A DNA stretch of 64,000 nt from an uncultured Synergistales bacterium. Its GTDB lineage: Bacteria; Synergistota; Synergistia; Synergistales; Aminobacteriaceae. Shown here piece by piece: positions 18,336 through 28,015 of the stretch. The notes under the pieces are model-generated. The model was given only the letters and a program-made list of their open reading frames with translations, was not told the origin of the DNA and did no database searches. Numbering within the stretch: the stretch's first letter is position 1; each line of letters starts with the position of its first letter. Location of the stretch: positions 4,500-68,499 of the forward strand of contig CAJOES010000014.1 in assembly GCA_905233455.1 (NCBI GenBank), in the 5' to 3' direction. The translations under genes and the position numbers were made by a program.

Positions 18336-19535
18336 CTACAGCCTTGAAGCTATAGCCTTGATGAACTCCTTGCTGTCTACTACATGAGGAACGACACCCT
18401 CGCAAAGAGCCGTTAAATCCTTCGTCATGACTCCGCCCTCGATCGTGTCAATAGTTGCCTTCTCGAGCCTGTTCGCAAAGTCTACAAGGTCGTTGTTGCC
18501 GTCAAGCTCTCCGCGCTTCCTGAATGCCCCGCTCCATGCAAAGATCGTAGCTACAGGGTTCGTTGAAGTCATCTTGCCCTCATCGCGGTATCTGTAGTAG
18601 TGCTTCGTTACCGTTCCGTGCGCAGCTTCATACTCAAAGTTGCCATCCGGCGAGACAAGTACGCTGGTCATCATTGCGAGTGAGCCGAATGCAGTCGATA
18701 CCATATCGCTCATAACGTCGCCGTCATAGTTCTTGCAGGCCCAGATGAATCCGCCCTCTGAACGCATAACACGTGCAACAGCGTCATCAATCAGCGTGTA
18801 GAAATACGTAATTCCTGCCGCATCAAACTTGGCCTTGTATTCCGTCTCAAAAATCTCCTGGAAGAGAAGTTTGAATGTCTGGTCATACTGCTTCGAGATA
18901 GTATCTTTCGTAGCAAACCAGATAGGCTGTTTCGTTGAGAGCGCATACTCAAAGCATGAACGTGCAAAGGACTTGATTGAAGTATCCTTGTTGTACATTG
19001 CCTGAAGAACGCCGGGGCACTCATAGTCATAAACTGTCTCGCGGAATGATGCGCCGTTCTTGCCGGTGAAGACTAATTCTGCCTTGCCGGGTTCGGGCAC
19101 TCTGTATTCGGTTCCCCTGTATACGTCGCCATAAGCATGACGTGCAATGGTGATGGGCTTCTTCCAGTTCTTTACGACAGGCTTAATGCAGCTGGTGAGG
19201 ATCGGTGCGCGGAAGACCGTGCCGTCAAGCACTGCCCTTATTGTGCCGTTGGGGCTCTTCCACATCTCATGAAGATTGTATTCTTCTACGCGCTGTTTGT
19301 TGGGGGTAATGGTTGCGCACTTTACGCCGACATGATGCTTCTTGATGGCTTCGGCGGCTTCCCACGTGATTTTGTCGCGTGTCTCGTCCCTCTTGGGCAG
19401 GCCAAGATCGTAATATTCCATGTTCAATTCAACGAACGGTGAAAGCAGGTCATCTTTGATTATCTGCCACAGTACGCGGGTCATTTCGTCGCCGTCCATC
19501 TCAACGATGGGGTTTGCCATTTTGATTTTGCTCAT
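18336..19535 (-). CDS. icd: NADP-dependent isocitrate dehydrogenase (eukaryote-like homodimeric type)
   Basis: 399 aa. N-terminus MSKIKMANPIVEMDGDEMTRVLWQIIKD... and its length match IDH1/IDP-type enzymes. Confidence 0.93.
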   Translation of the reverse strand: MSKIKMANPIVEMDGDEMTRVLWQIIKDDLLSPFVELNMEYYDLGLPKRDETRDKITWEAAEAIKKHHVGVKCATITPNKQRVEEYNLHEMWKSPNGTIRAVLDGTVFRAPILTSCIKPVVKNWKKPITIARHAYGDVYRGTEYRVPEPGKAELVFTGKNGASFRETVYDYECPGVLQAMYNKDTSIKSFARSCFEYALSTKQPIWFATKDTISKQYDQTFKLLFQEIFETEYKAKFDAAGITYFYTLIDDAVARVMRSEGGFIWACKNYDGDVMSDMVSTAFGSLAMMTSVLVSPDGNFEYEAAHGTVTKHYYRYRDEGKMTSTNPVATIFAWSGAFRKRGELDGNNDLVDFANRLEKATIDTIEGGVMTKDLTALCEGVVPHVVDSKEFIKAIASRL

Positions 19536-19580
19536 GGTGAAAATAAAATCTCCCTTCAGAAAATTTTGTGATGTATCAGT

Positions 19581-19612
19581 TGAAAACCCTCCAGCCGGTT
19601 AAAGCCGGAGGG
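19581..19612 (-). terminator. Hairpin with short U-tract between acn and icd (possible attenuating terminator)
   Basis: Minus strand: CCCTCCGGC-TTTAA-CCGGCTGGAGGG followed by TTTTC. The stem is imperfect. Confidence 0.45.
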
Positions 19613-19630
19613 ATGTTACAGCGCAAATGT

Positions 19631-21904
19631 TTATCTCTTCTTATCGCGGTTGAAGTTGATCAGGCAGCCCGCCTTCACTATGTCGCGCTCATTGCCGGTC
19701 ATGTCCTGAATGTACAGTTCTGCTTCCGACACTTTGCCGCCCTTGATGACGTATGCTTTGATGCTTCCGAGTTCGTTCTTGTCGAGTGCGGTTCTGATGC
19801 CGGGGACGTATACATAGTCGCCGACCTCAAAATCAGGCTCGCCCTTGAGATGGAACGGGATCATTCCCCAGTTCATGCAGTTCGAACGGTAACGCTTCGT
19901 GGCATATTCCTGCGTGATGTTCGCGAGTGCGCCAAGAACGCGCTGACATGATGCCGCCTGTTCACGTGCAGAACCGTCGCCGGGTTTGTTGGCGTAAATC
20001 GTTGATCCTATCTCTATAGCCTTCAGGTCAACGCCTTCCTGTCCCGGAATTGCTTTTATTGCCGCATAGACTTCTGCAAGCTCGCCCTTCGTGGGGTCTT
20101 CTCCCTTGAGCCTTGCCTTCTCGATCACCTGAACAGCCTTTGCCCTTCCGACGTATTCAGGATCTCTGCGGGATAATGTGAACTCCGCGAGTCCCAGCGG
20201 GTTAGACCTGAATGAAGATGTTTCGCCTGACGGTATAAGCTCATCGGTTGTCGTAACTTCATCGAGAATCTTCGACACCACGCGCAGCAAGATATTCTCT
20301 GCAAGTGCTTCCTGCTCCGGCCAGTCTTTGATGTTCGGGCCGAAACGTATCGGTTCATCAAGTTCTGCCTTGCCGTATCCCCAGTATACGCGGGACTTGT
20401 ATGCTTTGTCGTCGTAATGGTATGCAGGAACGTCGCCCCAGCAGTCGAGCTCTTCTGCGCTGGTGAGTTTGCCGCCGTTTGCCGCTGTTGCCGCGATTGA
20501 ACGTGCGTCCATGAGTGCAACTGCCGCCATCTGTCCGTTGCCGGGCTTTGAGCCTTCACGGTTCGGGAAGTTCCTTGTTGTGTGGCGGATTGAGAGCGCG
20601 TTATTGGCCGGTGTGTCTCCTGCGCCGAAGCATGGTCCGCAGAATGCCGTGCGGATGATTGCGCCTGCGTCCATGAGGTCAGCCAGCAAGCCTTTGCGGT
20701 CAAGGTCGATGAATACGGGCTGTGATGACGGGTAAACGCTGAGGTAGAACTCGCCGACTCCGCATGTCTTGCCCTTGAGCGCGTGAGCTGCTTCTACAAC
20801 GTTGGTGTAGTTGCCTCCTGCACAGCCTCCGATGACTCCCTGCTGAACCATCAGTTTTCCGTCCGAAGTAATCTTGTCGAGAAGCGTGAAGTGTGCGCGT
20901 CCCTCTGCAACTTTCTCTGCGGCCTTCTCTGTCTCTGCAAGAATGTCTTTCAGGTTCGCATAAAGTTCCGTGATTTCATATGCGTTTGACGGATGGAAGG
21001 GAAGTGCAATCATGGGCTTTACTGCTGAAAGGTCAATCTCGACACAGCCGTCATAATATGCGACATCTGCCGGGTTAAGCTCCTTGTAGTCCTGTGCCCT
21101 GCCGTGCTCGGCCAGATATGCTTTAGTATCGTCGTCCGTCCTCCACACAGAAGAAAGGCATGTAGTTTCAGTGGTCATTACGTCAACGCCGTTGCGGTAA
21201 TCTGTAGTCATTGATGCAACGCCCGGCCCGACGAACTCCATAACCTTATTCTTCACGTAGCCCTTCTTGAAGACTGCTTTTACGATTGCGAGTGCTATAT
21301 CATGAGGCCCTACGAACGGTGCAGGTTTGCCCTTGAGATATATCGCTACAACGCCGGGATATGCTACGTCGTATGTGTCCTGCAGAAGCTGTTTGACGAG
21401 TTCTCCGCCGCCCTCACCGATAGCCATTGTTCCGAGCGCGCCGTAACGCGTGTGCGAGTCCGAGCCGAGAATCATTTTTCCGCAGCCCGCAAACATTTCG
21501 CGCATGAACTGATGAATTACCGCGATATGAGGAGGTACATAGATACCCCCATACTTTTTGGCCGAGCTGAGTCCGAAATAATGATCGTCGTCATTGATCG
21601 TCCCGCCGACAGCACACAGTGAGTTATGGCAGTTCGTGAGCACGTACGGAAGCGGGAACTTCTTCATGCCGGAAGCGCGTGCAGTCTGGATTATGCCGAC
21701 AAACGTAATATCATGTGATGCCATTGCGTCAAACTTGATGCGAAGATGATCCATGTTGTCCGCAGTGTTATGGGATTTCATGATACCGTAAGCAATCGTG
21801 CCTTTCTTTGCTTCAGCCTTGTCATATTTCCCTGCGGCCTGACTCTCCGGGATTATGTCGCTCCCTTTGACGAGATAAACGCCTTCATCATACAGTTTTA
21901 TCAT
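19631..21904 (-). CDS. acn: Aconitate hydratase (about 750-aa mitochondrial-like type)
   Basis: 757 aa. Fe-S ligand motifs ...GSDSHT... and ...[10 protein letters not shown]... Confidence 0.92.
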   Translation of the reverse strand: MIKLYDEGVYLVKGSDIIPESQAAGKYDKAEAKKGTIAYGIMKSHNTADNMDHLRIKFDAMASHDITFVGIIQTARASGMKKFPLPYVLTNCHNSLCAVGGTINDDDHYFGLSSAKKYGGIYVPPHIAVIHQFMREMFAGCGKMILGSDSHTRYGALGTMAIGEGGGELVKQLLQDTYDVAYPGVVAIYLKGKPAPFVGPHDIALAIVKAVFKKGYVKNKVMEFVGPGVASMTTDYRNGVDVMTTETTCLSSVWRTDDDTKAYLAEHGRAQDYKELNPADVAYYDGCVEIDLSAVKPMIALPFHPSNAYEITELYANLKDILAETEKAAEKVAEGRAHFTLLDKITSDGKLMVQQGVIGGCAGGNYTNVVEAAHALKGKTCGVGEFYLSVYPSSQPVFIDLDRKGLLADLMDAGAIIRTAFCGPCFGAGDTPANNALSIRHTTRNFPNREGSKPGNGQMAAVALMDARSIAATAANGGKLTSAEELDCWGDVPAYHYDDKAYKSRVYWGYGKAELDEPIRFGPNIKDWPEQEALAENILLRVVSKILDEVTTTDELIPSGETSSFRSNPLGLAEFTLSRRDPEYVGRAKAVQVIEKARLKGEDPTKGELAEVYAAIKAIPGQEGVDLKAIEIGSTIYANKPGDGSAREQAASCQRVLGALANITQEYATKRYRSNCMNWGMIPFHLKGEPDFEVGDYVYVPGIRTALDKNELGSIKAYVIKGGKVSEAELYIQDMTGNERDIVKAGCLINFNRDKKR

Positions 21905-22180
21905 GCAAGGTATACCCCCTCAGTAAATTTTTTTGATGGTAAAGAATGAGTGTGTGAAAAATTTTGAATGAATGTAAAGGAATTATAACACGCAGATATT
22001 AATTCAAATCTAAGCGTATTTCAGTAATAACATTGCGCGGGCTTCATGGACTTTTTCTGCCGGAAACCCGCAGGAGTTTGCTATAATGTTTCTAGCCTTT
22101 CATCTTACTGACAGCATAAGAAACTTTTCAACTACATTTTCAACTACAAAAACATAACGTAAAGCTGTGCAGATACTAAA

Positions 22181-23086
22181 TTAAACGCGTGCCATCATCA
22201 TAATACGCTTCACGAATTCCGACATGCTCACACCTACAGCTCCCGCAGCTTTAGGCACAAGACTCGTAGCCGTCATTCCCGGAGCAGTATTCACTTCAAG
22301 GATATAGACGCTTCCGTCAGGTTTCAGCCTGAAGTCCGCCCTGCTGTAAGCTCTGCACTCTAACGCCTCATGAGCCATCACGGCATAACGCGATACTTTA
22401 GCGCGAATGTCATCAGGAATCTGTGCGGGCACGATATATTCAGTTGCTCCCTTAGTGTATTTGTTGGTGTAGTCATAGAACCCGTGATGCGGAACGATCT
22501 CGATCACCGGCAATGCTTCAGCGCGTCCGGCATTCTCCCACACCGCGCAGGTGAGTTCCCGGCCGTCAATGTACTCTTCCGCCATGACTCCGCCGTAATA
22601 GCTGGAACGTGCAGACTTCTCCGCCTCAGCGAGATTCTCCGGAGTCAGCCCGCGAATGATGGTTATTCCGACAGTACTGCCGCCGGAACAGGGTTTTACG
22701 ACAACATCACGGCCAAGACGCGATAATATTTCGCCGAACTCCGCAGGCAGTAACATTCCTTCAGGTATGGGTATACCTGCCTCGCGGAAGACAGCACAAG
22801 CCTTCCACTTATCCATAGCGAGCGCACTGGCTTTAGGGTCTGATCCCGTGTAGGGAATGCCTAACGCATCAAGTTCTGCCTGCAGCTTTCCGCCTTCTCC
22901 CCAGTCTCCGTGCATGGCGATGAACGCGCCGTCATAGCCTTTGACCCTGCCGACTTCAGACAGCGAATGAAGGTCAAGAGTCTCCGCCTGGATTCCTGCC
23001 TCATTGAGGGCATCACACACAGCCTTTCCGCTGCGCAAAGACACTTCACGCTCTCTTCCGTCTCCTCCGCACAATACTGCAATCAT
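22181..23086 (-). CDS. ddl: D-alanine--D-alanine ligase
   Basis: MIAVLCGGDGREREVSLRSGKAV... with an ATP-grasp C-terminal part. I chose the ATG at 23086 (GAGGTGAT RBS) rather than the GTG at 23095. Confidence 0.92.
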   Translation of the reverse strand: MIAVLCGGDGREREVSLRSGKAVCDALNEAGIQAETLDLHSLSEVGRVKGYDGAFIAMHGDWGEGGKLQAELDALGIPYTGSDPKASALAMDKWKACAVFREAGIPIPEGMLLPAEFGEILSRLGRDVVVKPCSGGSTVGITIIRGLTPENLAEAEKSARSSYYGGVMAEEYIDGRELTCAVWENAGRAEALPVIEIVPHHGFYDYTNKYTKGATEYIVPAQIPDDIRAKVSRYAVMAHEALECRAYSRADFRLKPDGSVYILEVNTAPGMTATSLVPKAAGAVGVSMSEFVKRIMMMARV

Positions 23087-23163
23087 ACAAATCACCTCTG
23101 AAAAAACATTGCATGTTAAAATCTTTCATGAAAATCTGCGTAATTATAGAGGAGATATAAATC

Positions 23164-23589
23164 ATGTACAAAAACAAAAAATTTCTTGTCCTTGCAGGTC
23201 TCGTTACAGCCATTATTGCTGTCTTCGCGGCAAGCGTTGAGATGGGAAGCAGGGACAGCTTCGGCACGGAAAGGCACACGAAATACACGCTGTATATCGG
23301 CCTGAATGACGGCGATACGGGGATACAGAAGCATACTACGGCACAGGCACGGGATATGCTGAACGATATTGCGGTCAAATACATTGACGGCTATACGGTG
23401 TATGAGGCTGACGGGTACTGGAAGGAGGACGGAAGCACATTCAATGAACATACGCTAGTTTGCGTGATGATTGATGTTCCGGAACAGTCGGTGAAAAGTA
23501 TCATGAACGAGACGCTAAAGGCATTGAACCAGCACAGTATTTTGCTGGAAATAAGCGAGATAAAAAATACGTTCTATTCAGGAGAATAA
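23164..23589 (+). CDS. Small membrane-anchored/exported protein of unknown function (possibly DUF3574-like)
   Basis: 141 aa with an N-terminal hydrophobic anchor (FLVLAGLVTAIIAVFAA). ...YTLYIGLNDGD...DGYTVYEADGYWKEDG... resembles DUF3574 as I recall it. Confidence 0.4.
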   Translation: MYKNKKFLVLAGLVTAIIAVFAASVEMGSRDSFGTERHTKYTLYIGLNDGDTGIQKHTTAQARDMLNDIAVKYIDGYTVYEADGYWKEDGSTFNEHTLVCVMIDVPEQSVKSIMNETLKALNQHSILLEISEIKNTFYSGE

Positions 23590-23621
23590 AAAAAACAGGG
23601 GCAGAAAAAATCCTGTCCCTG
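23588..23621 (-). terminator. Rho-independent terminator (strong on the minus strand; also abuts the plus-strand gene stop)
   Basis: Minus strand: CAGGGACAG-8 nt loop-CTGCCCCTG followed by T8. It lies about 225 nt downstream of the STAS gene stop. Confidence 0.75.
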
Positions 23622-23846
23622 CAATAAAAATCATTCACTCTCTCAATCTCCGCCAAAATTTATACCCGATAATGCGGTGAACTACCCCAGCTTATAGAAG
23701 CGGGAGCTTCCTAATTCTTCGAGGACTGCGCTATATCCTTCTGGCTGTAGTCGTCTTACACCCTCTCCAAAGGCGTTACTTCCCGTAGAGTATGCAGAAA
23801 GTGTAGTTTTTGTAGTCTGCACTATATCTCAATATCCGAGATTTTA

Positions 23847-24677
23847 TCACAAACAATATAATAATTTAGCGCAATTCATCTCGCTGCCTATAGAGGTGGG
23901 AGATTTCTTGCGCGTTTGGTTAATCAGGCTAACGAGCCTGCTGACTTCTGACTCGTCGAAATACTGCGCCATTCTCTGAACATACCCGGTGAAAAGCTCC
24001 GCAGTTTTCGGCAGGACTCCCCTTTCCGGCCTGCATGTGTGTATATGCCGCAAAGTCTTTCCCATCTCTGAAGCATGGCGGGACAAATTCCACTGCTGGA
24101 AGTTGAGCAGGGATGACACAGCCCGCGCATTAGGCATCTCGTAGCGTATGCCGTATCTGCCCTTGTACTGCACTGCATCATATGATATTAGCGTGGGCAC
24201 GCCGCAGATCAGTGCTGCCTTTGAGTGCTCAAGTTCGGTTTGAATGCCGTCAAGCCTCGTCCCTGCAGGTGAGAGCTGCAATATCATATCGTTGTCCATG
24301 CGGTAAATAGAAACTCCTCCGCTTTCTCCCATGAGTGCGGCATTTTCTCCGGAAATATCCCTAATGCCCTGCGCTGAATCGTCCTTAGCTGATGCCTCAA
24401 CATTTAATATCTGTGAGAATCCCGTAACGTCAAGTATCTCGGTGATTTCAGGCGAGACATTCCGCAGCGTTAAAGGTGCATTGCTTTTCTTTTGCAGGGA
24501 CAGAAGAGCACGGAGTCCGGCACTGGAAATATATTGCAGGTCTGCGCAGTCCAACACTATCAACGCTTCAGGCTTCTCATTGCGGGCCGATAAAATGAAA
24601 TTGCTGAAGTCCTGTGCGTTAGTGGAGTCTATACGGCCCTCCGGAACAATTATTGTCTGCCCTTTAGCAAACGACAC
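23847..24677 (-). CDS. STAS (anti-sigma antagonist) domain fused to the N-lobe of an APH/choline-kinase-like phosphotransferase; apparently 3'-truncated
   Basis: N-terminus ...IIVPEGRIDSTNAQDF...LIVLDCADLQYISSAGLRALLSL...ITEILDVTGFSQIL is STAS with the conserved Ser. The C-terminal half (...VSIYRMDNDMILQLS...ELEHSKAALICGVPTLISYD...YEMPNARAVSSLL...TLRHIHT...) looks like a kinase N-lobe. The ORF stops before any HxDxxxxN catalytic loop. GTG start. Confidence 0.6.
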   Translation of the reverse strand: MSFAKGQTIIVPEGRIDSTNAQDFSNFILSARNEKPEALIVLDCADLQYISSAGLRALLSLQKKSNAPLTLRNVSPEITEILDVTGFSQILNVEASAKDDSAQGIRDISGENAALMGESGGVSIYRMDNDMILQLSPAGTRLDGIQTELEHSKAALICGVPTLISYDAVQYKGRYGIRYEMPNARAVSSLLNFQQWNLSRHASEMGKTLRHIHTCRPERGVLPKTAELFTGYVQRMAQYFDESEVSRLVSLINQTRKKSPTSIGSEMNCAKLLYCL

Positions 24678-24704
24678 ATTAATATTTTATTTTCCCATAA
24701 TCCT

Positions 24705-27137
24705 TTACCCCAAATTCTTTTTGATGGCGAGAATGTTTTTGCCGTCCTTGTATTCATAGTTTACAGCATCCATACTCTTTTTGACCAGATATATACCCAG
24801 CCCGCCAATCTCCCTGTCTTCAGCACTGAGCGTAACGTCAGGATCATCCTTAGCGAGCGGGTCATACGGCACGCCCCTGTCAATGAACGTAATCACTACT
24901 GACAGCGGGTTCTCTTGAATCTCTACCCTTACCGTTGCGTTTCCCGTCTCCGGATTGTAGGCATAATGCGCAATGTTCACGAACAGTTCCTCCACTGCAA
25001 CATCAAGCTGCATCTGCGTCTTGGGCGGGCAGTCATGAACTTCAAGCTGTTCATCAACGAACGCAAGAACTTCATCAAGGTTATTCACGTCAGCTTCAAT
25101 AGTAAGTTCCTTCACGAAATCAGCACCTCCGAAATATCTCAGGCAGAGCATAGTAATATCATCAAACTGGGGCGCGTCCCCGGTGAACGCATCAACCTCA
25201 CTCTTCATTGAGGCTAGAATCTCCTCTGAAGAATCGTTCTTTGTACGGTCAAGGGCTTCAAGCATTCTGTCAGTGCCGTAAAGCTCTTCATCAGAGTTTG
25301 TTGCTTCTGCTACGCCGTCAGTGTACAGATACAGATTATCGCCGGGATTGAGCGTAAATTCATGCTCGTTGAATCTCATTCCCTCCATTGCTGCGACTGC
25401 GGGACTGTTCCTGGCCTTGAGGAGCTCGTACTTTCCGCCTGACCTCCTGATTGCCGGGTATTCATGTCCTGCATTCGAGGCGGTAACTTTGCCTGTAGAG
25501 ACTTCCAGAATCCCAAGCCACACAGTAACGAACAGATCCGCTTCATTGCCCTCGCATAACTGCCTGTTCACGTCATGGAGTATCGCTGAAGGGCTGCCTC
25601 CCATCTGCGCGCGGTTCTTGATGAGCGTCTTCGCAATCACCATGAACAATGCTGCCGGGACTCCTTTTCCCGACACATCAGCCATAACCAGTGCTAAATG
25701 GTCATCATCAATCATGAAGAAATCATAGAAATCTCCCCCGACTTCTTTTGCCGGTGTCATTGTCGCGTAAATATCGAACTCTTTGCGGTCCGGGAAAGGC
25801 GGGAATATTCTCGGAAGCATATCGGCCTGAATCTGCGTAGCCAGGTTAAGCTCTGTGCTGATGCGTTCCTTCTCTGCCGTAACTGACTCAAGGTTATTCA
25901 CGTACTCTTTCAGTGAGGCGGCCATATCGTTGAAGCTCCGTGCAAGGTCTCCTACCTCGTCATTGTCGCGTACTTCTGCCCTGTAGTCCAAATCTCCCGA
26001 GCTTATTTCCCTTACATCGCGGCCAAGCGCAAGAATGGGGTACGTAAGCCTTGCAGAAAACCTCCGCGCTGTGAACACGACAAGCATAATGATCAAGACG
26101 AATGCGGCCACAAATAATAATATTGCGTATATCACCGTCCTGTTGACTGAACGAACCGGAGCAAGTATGACTCTTTCGGGAATGCGCACACAGAACTTCC
26201 AGCCCGTGCCGGTTATGGGCTTATAGGCGTAATATATTCTCTTGTCCGTGCGTGATACTCCGGTTTTCCCGGCAAGTATGTCTTCGGCTATATTATTCGT
26301 GATGTCATGATTGCGGTATATGCTTTCCGTGTCCTGCCCGGGAGCTATGATGTTCCCTGCCCTGTCAACTAGGAATGCGTATGCGTCAGTCCCTAAGTCT
26401 ATATCTACTATTTCGCGGTATAGATCCGTAATCAGTATATCCATGCAGACAGCTCCGGCAAAATTCCCTTCAGCGTCATAGAACGGCGCGCTGCATGTTA
26501 TAGTGAGTCCCATGTTGTAGTTATCCGGGTATACGTCCGTGAAAAATACTTTGTTTGAACTCTCTGCTGTCTTGTACCATTCAGACTCAAAAAAGTTATA
26601 GTAGCTTTCCTTTCCGTCCTGCGGTATAGCGTTATGGGAGTTCTTATCATACGCGAGCATTACTCCTGTCTTTGTCCCTGCATATATGGACGTGAAAATA
26701 TCTCCGTTCGTCTTCATGACCGGAGACCATACATCCTCAAGACTGCCGAGAAGTTTTATCTCGTTCATGAGCCCGTTAATGTCGGTGCTTGGATCAGTTA
26801 AAACTCTCTGCATGGCGTAAATTCCTTTGTTTTCCATTCTTGGCGGCAGGACTTCATGCGCGGTATATGCTTCAGGGTGTGAATACAGCCCGTGAATGTA
26901 GTCCGCAAAATTCTGTACATAGCTGGTGTACTGCCTAAGCTCTGCCTCTGCAAGGTCTGCTTTGTTGTCTGCTATGTTCGACAGGCTTTGTTCCATCTGG
27001 TGAGTCAGTGCCGATTCACTGTCCGATTGTATGCGTATCATGCTGAAGATACCTGCTGAACTGGTCAGTATCAATGCGGCAATAGATATAGCGAGAACCA
27101 TCCGCTGAATCCTCTGCCTTATGGGTTTTCGTTTCAT
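24705..27137 (-). CDS. Membrane sensor: dCache-HAMP-PP2C (SpoIIE/RsbU-like) phosphatase fused to a C-terminal RsbW/SpoIIAB-like HATPase domain
   Basis: 810 aa. TM, a periplasmic Cache-like region and a second TM; then HAMP (...ISSGDLDYRAEVRDNDEVGDLARSFNDMAASL); PP2C motifs (EVGGDFYDF..., ...ADVSGKGVPAALFM..., ...YTDGVAEA..., ...DDITML); and a C-terminal ...VAVEELFVNIAHYAY...REIGGLGIYLVKKSMD... GHKL anti-sigma-kinase pattern. Confidence 0.8.
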   Translation of the reverse strand: MKRKPIRQRIQRMVLAISIAALILTSSAGIFSMIRIQSDSESALTHQMEQSLSNIADNKADLAEAELRQYTSYVQNFADYIHGLYSHPEAYTAHEVLPPRMENKGIYAMQRVLTDPSTDINGLMNEIKLLGSLEDVWSPVMKTNGDIFTSIYAGTKTGVMLAYDKNSHNAIPQDGKESYYNFFESEWYKTAESSNKVFFTDVYPDNYNMGLTITCSAPFYDAEGNFAGAVCMDILITDLYREIVDIDLGTDAYAFLVDRAGNIIAPGQDTESIYRNHDITNNIAEDILAGKTGVSRTDKRIYYAYKPITGTGWKFCVRIPERVILAPVRSVNRTVIYAILLFVAAFVLIIMLVVFTARRFSARLTYPILALGRDVREISSGDLDYRAEVRDNDEVGDLARSFNDMAASLKEYVNNLESVTAEKERISTELNLATQIQADMLPRIFPPFPDRKEFDIYATMTPAKEVGGDFYDFFMIDDDHLALVMADVSGKGVPAALFMVIAKTLIKNRAQMGGSPSAILHDVNRQLCEGNEADLFVTVWLGILEVSTGKVTASNAGHEYPAIRRSGGKYELLKARNSPAVAAMEGMRFNEHEFTLNPGDNLYLYTDGVAEATNSDEELYGTDRMLEALDRTKNDSSEEILASMKSEVDAFTGDAPQFDDITMLCLRYFGGADFVKELTIEADVNNLDEVLAFVDEQLEVHDCPPKTQMQLDVAVEELFVNIAHYAYNPETGNATVRVEIQENPLSVVITFIDRGVPYDPLAKDDPDVTLSAEDREIGGLGIYLVKKSMDAVNYEYKDGKNILAIKKNLG

Positions 27138-27148
27138 TATGTGTCCTC

Positions 27149-28015
27149 CTAAACTACAACGTGAATTTCATTTGTGCCTTCATGGAAGCTGAATGATGCC
27201 CGCAACGCCCTGTGCTTTATGATTTGCAGGCTCATTATGTCTATTTCGTCCTCGTCCTTTTCGACCCTTAAGGGGTTATACTTTCTGCCGTCATATTTAA
27301 GCCTTGATGATATTGCGTCCCCGAATTGAAGCGAGATATTGATTTTTGCGTCAGGAATAGCCTTGAATATCCGTATAGATAACTCTTCAATACAGCTTTG
27401 AATCTCGTATATTCGTTTAGGCTTTATTTCGAGGTCAATAGCAGAAAACGCTATCATTTGGTTTGCGTCTTCAAAGCTCTCTGTCCCTGCTTCAAGCGTC
27501 AGAACCGCATCATATTCGTATCTGCACCATCCCGGCACGACAGGCTCAACGTACAGCAATGACGAGAAGAGGATATTCACGGGCACGCCGATGAACAGCC
27601 CCGTCAGGAAATATGCGCAGGACACCGATACGTTTCCGCAGAGTGCAGACAGTACGGCAAGGAGAACGGTATAGCGTCCGTAATCCCGCAATGACTTGAA
27701 GCGGATTCTGCCTGACCTGTCCGCAATGTGCCACGCAAAGAACATTCCCAGCCCTGTAACGGCTATGCAGAAGCATTCATACATCACAGCACTTACCGGA
27801 AGATTCATTGCGAACGACGACAGCACGCACCCCGCGATACAGCCTGTTGCGCCGTAAAGCCCGAAGAACAGCCCAAGAGTGAACGGAAGAAAGTTTTTGA
27901 TCCCGGCATACGAAGGCAGCACTCCTGTCATCTGCACGGGAATATCCATCAGGACATAAGCAAGTGCAGAGAGACATACGAGCGTGAATTTTCTGCGCAA
28001 ACTAATCTTCTGCAT
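27149..28015 (-). CDS. Polytopic membrane protein with a C-terminal degenerate RsbW-like (GHKL) domain
   Basis: 288 aa with about 5 TM. The C-terminal ~120 aa (...IQSCIEELSIRIFKAIPDAKINISLQFGD...YDGRKYNPL...) aligns by eye with the C-terminal domain of the neighbouring phosphatase, but it lacks the GxGxG ATP lid. Confidence 0.45.
   Translation of the reverse strand: MQKISLRRKFTLVCLSALAYVLMDIPVQMTGVLPSYAGIKNFLPFTLGLFFGLYGATGCIAGCVLSSFAMNLPVSAVMYECFCIAVTGLGMFFAWHIADRSGRIRFKSLRDYGRYTVLLAVLSALCGNVSVSCAYFLTGLFIGVPVNILFSSLLYVEPVVPGWCRYEYDAVLTLEAGTESFEDANQMIAFSAIDLEIKPKRIYEIQSCIEELSIRIFKAIPDAKINISLQFGDAISSRLKYDGRKYNPLRVEKDEDEIDIMSLQIIKHRALRASFSFHEGTNEIHVVV

Noticed and set aside
20125-20703. 192-aa alternative-frame ORF inside the aconitase gene, and similar long shadow ORFs (e.g. 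9448-9951 and 9516-9944 in tlyA, 54414-54977 in the EAL gene, 58181-58570 in a kinase, 62352-62765)
   Set aside because: They lie entirely within well-supported conserved genes, have low-complexity Ser/Arg/Thr-rich translations and lack RBSs. These are typical frame shadows in a moderately GC-rich genome.
23622-23846. Possible ncRNA (6S, SRP, RNase P, tmRNA, riboswitch) in the 225-nt gap downstream of the STAS gene
   Set aside because: I found none of the conserved cores I know (RNase P GAGGAAAGUCC, SRP domain IV, tmRNA ends, common riboswitch cores), only short generic hairpins. It is kept as an open question under the truncated-gene finding, not called as a feature.
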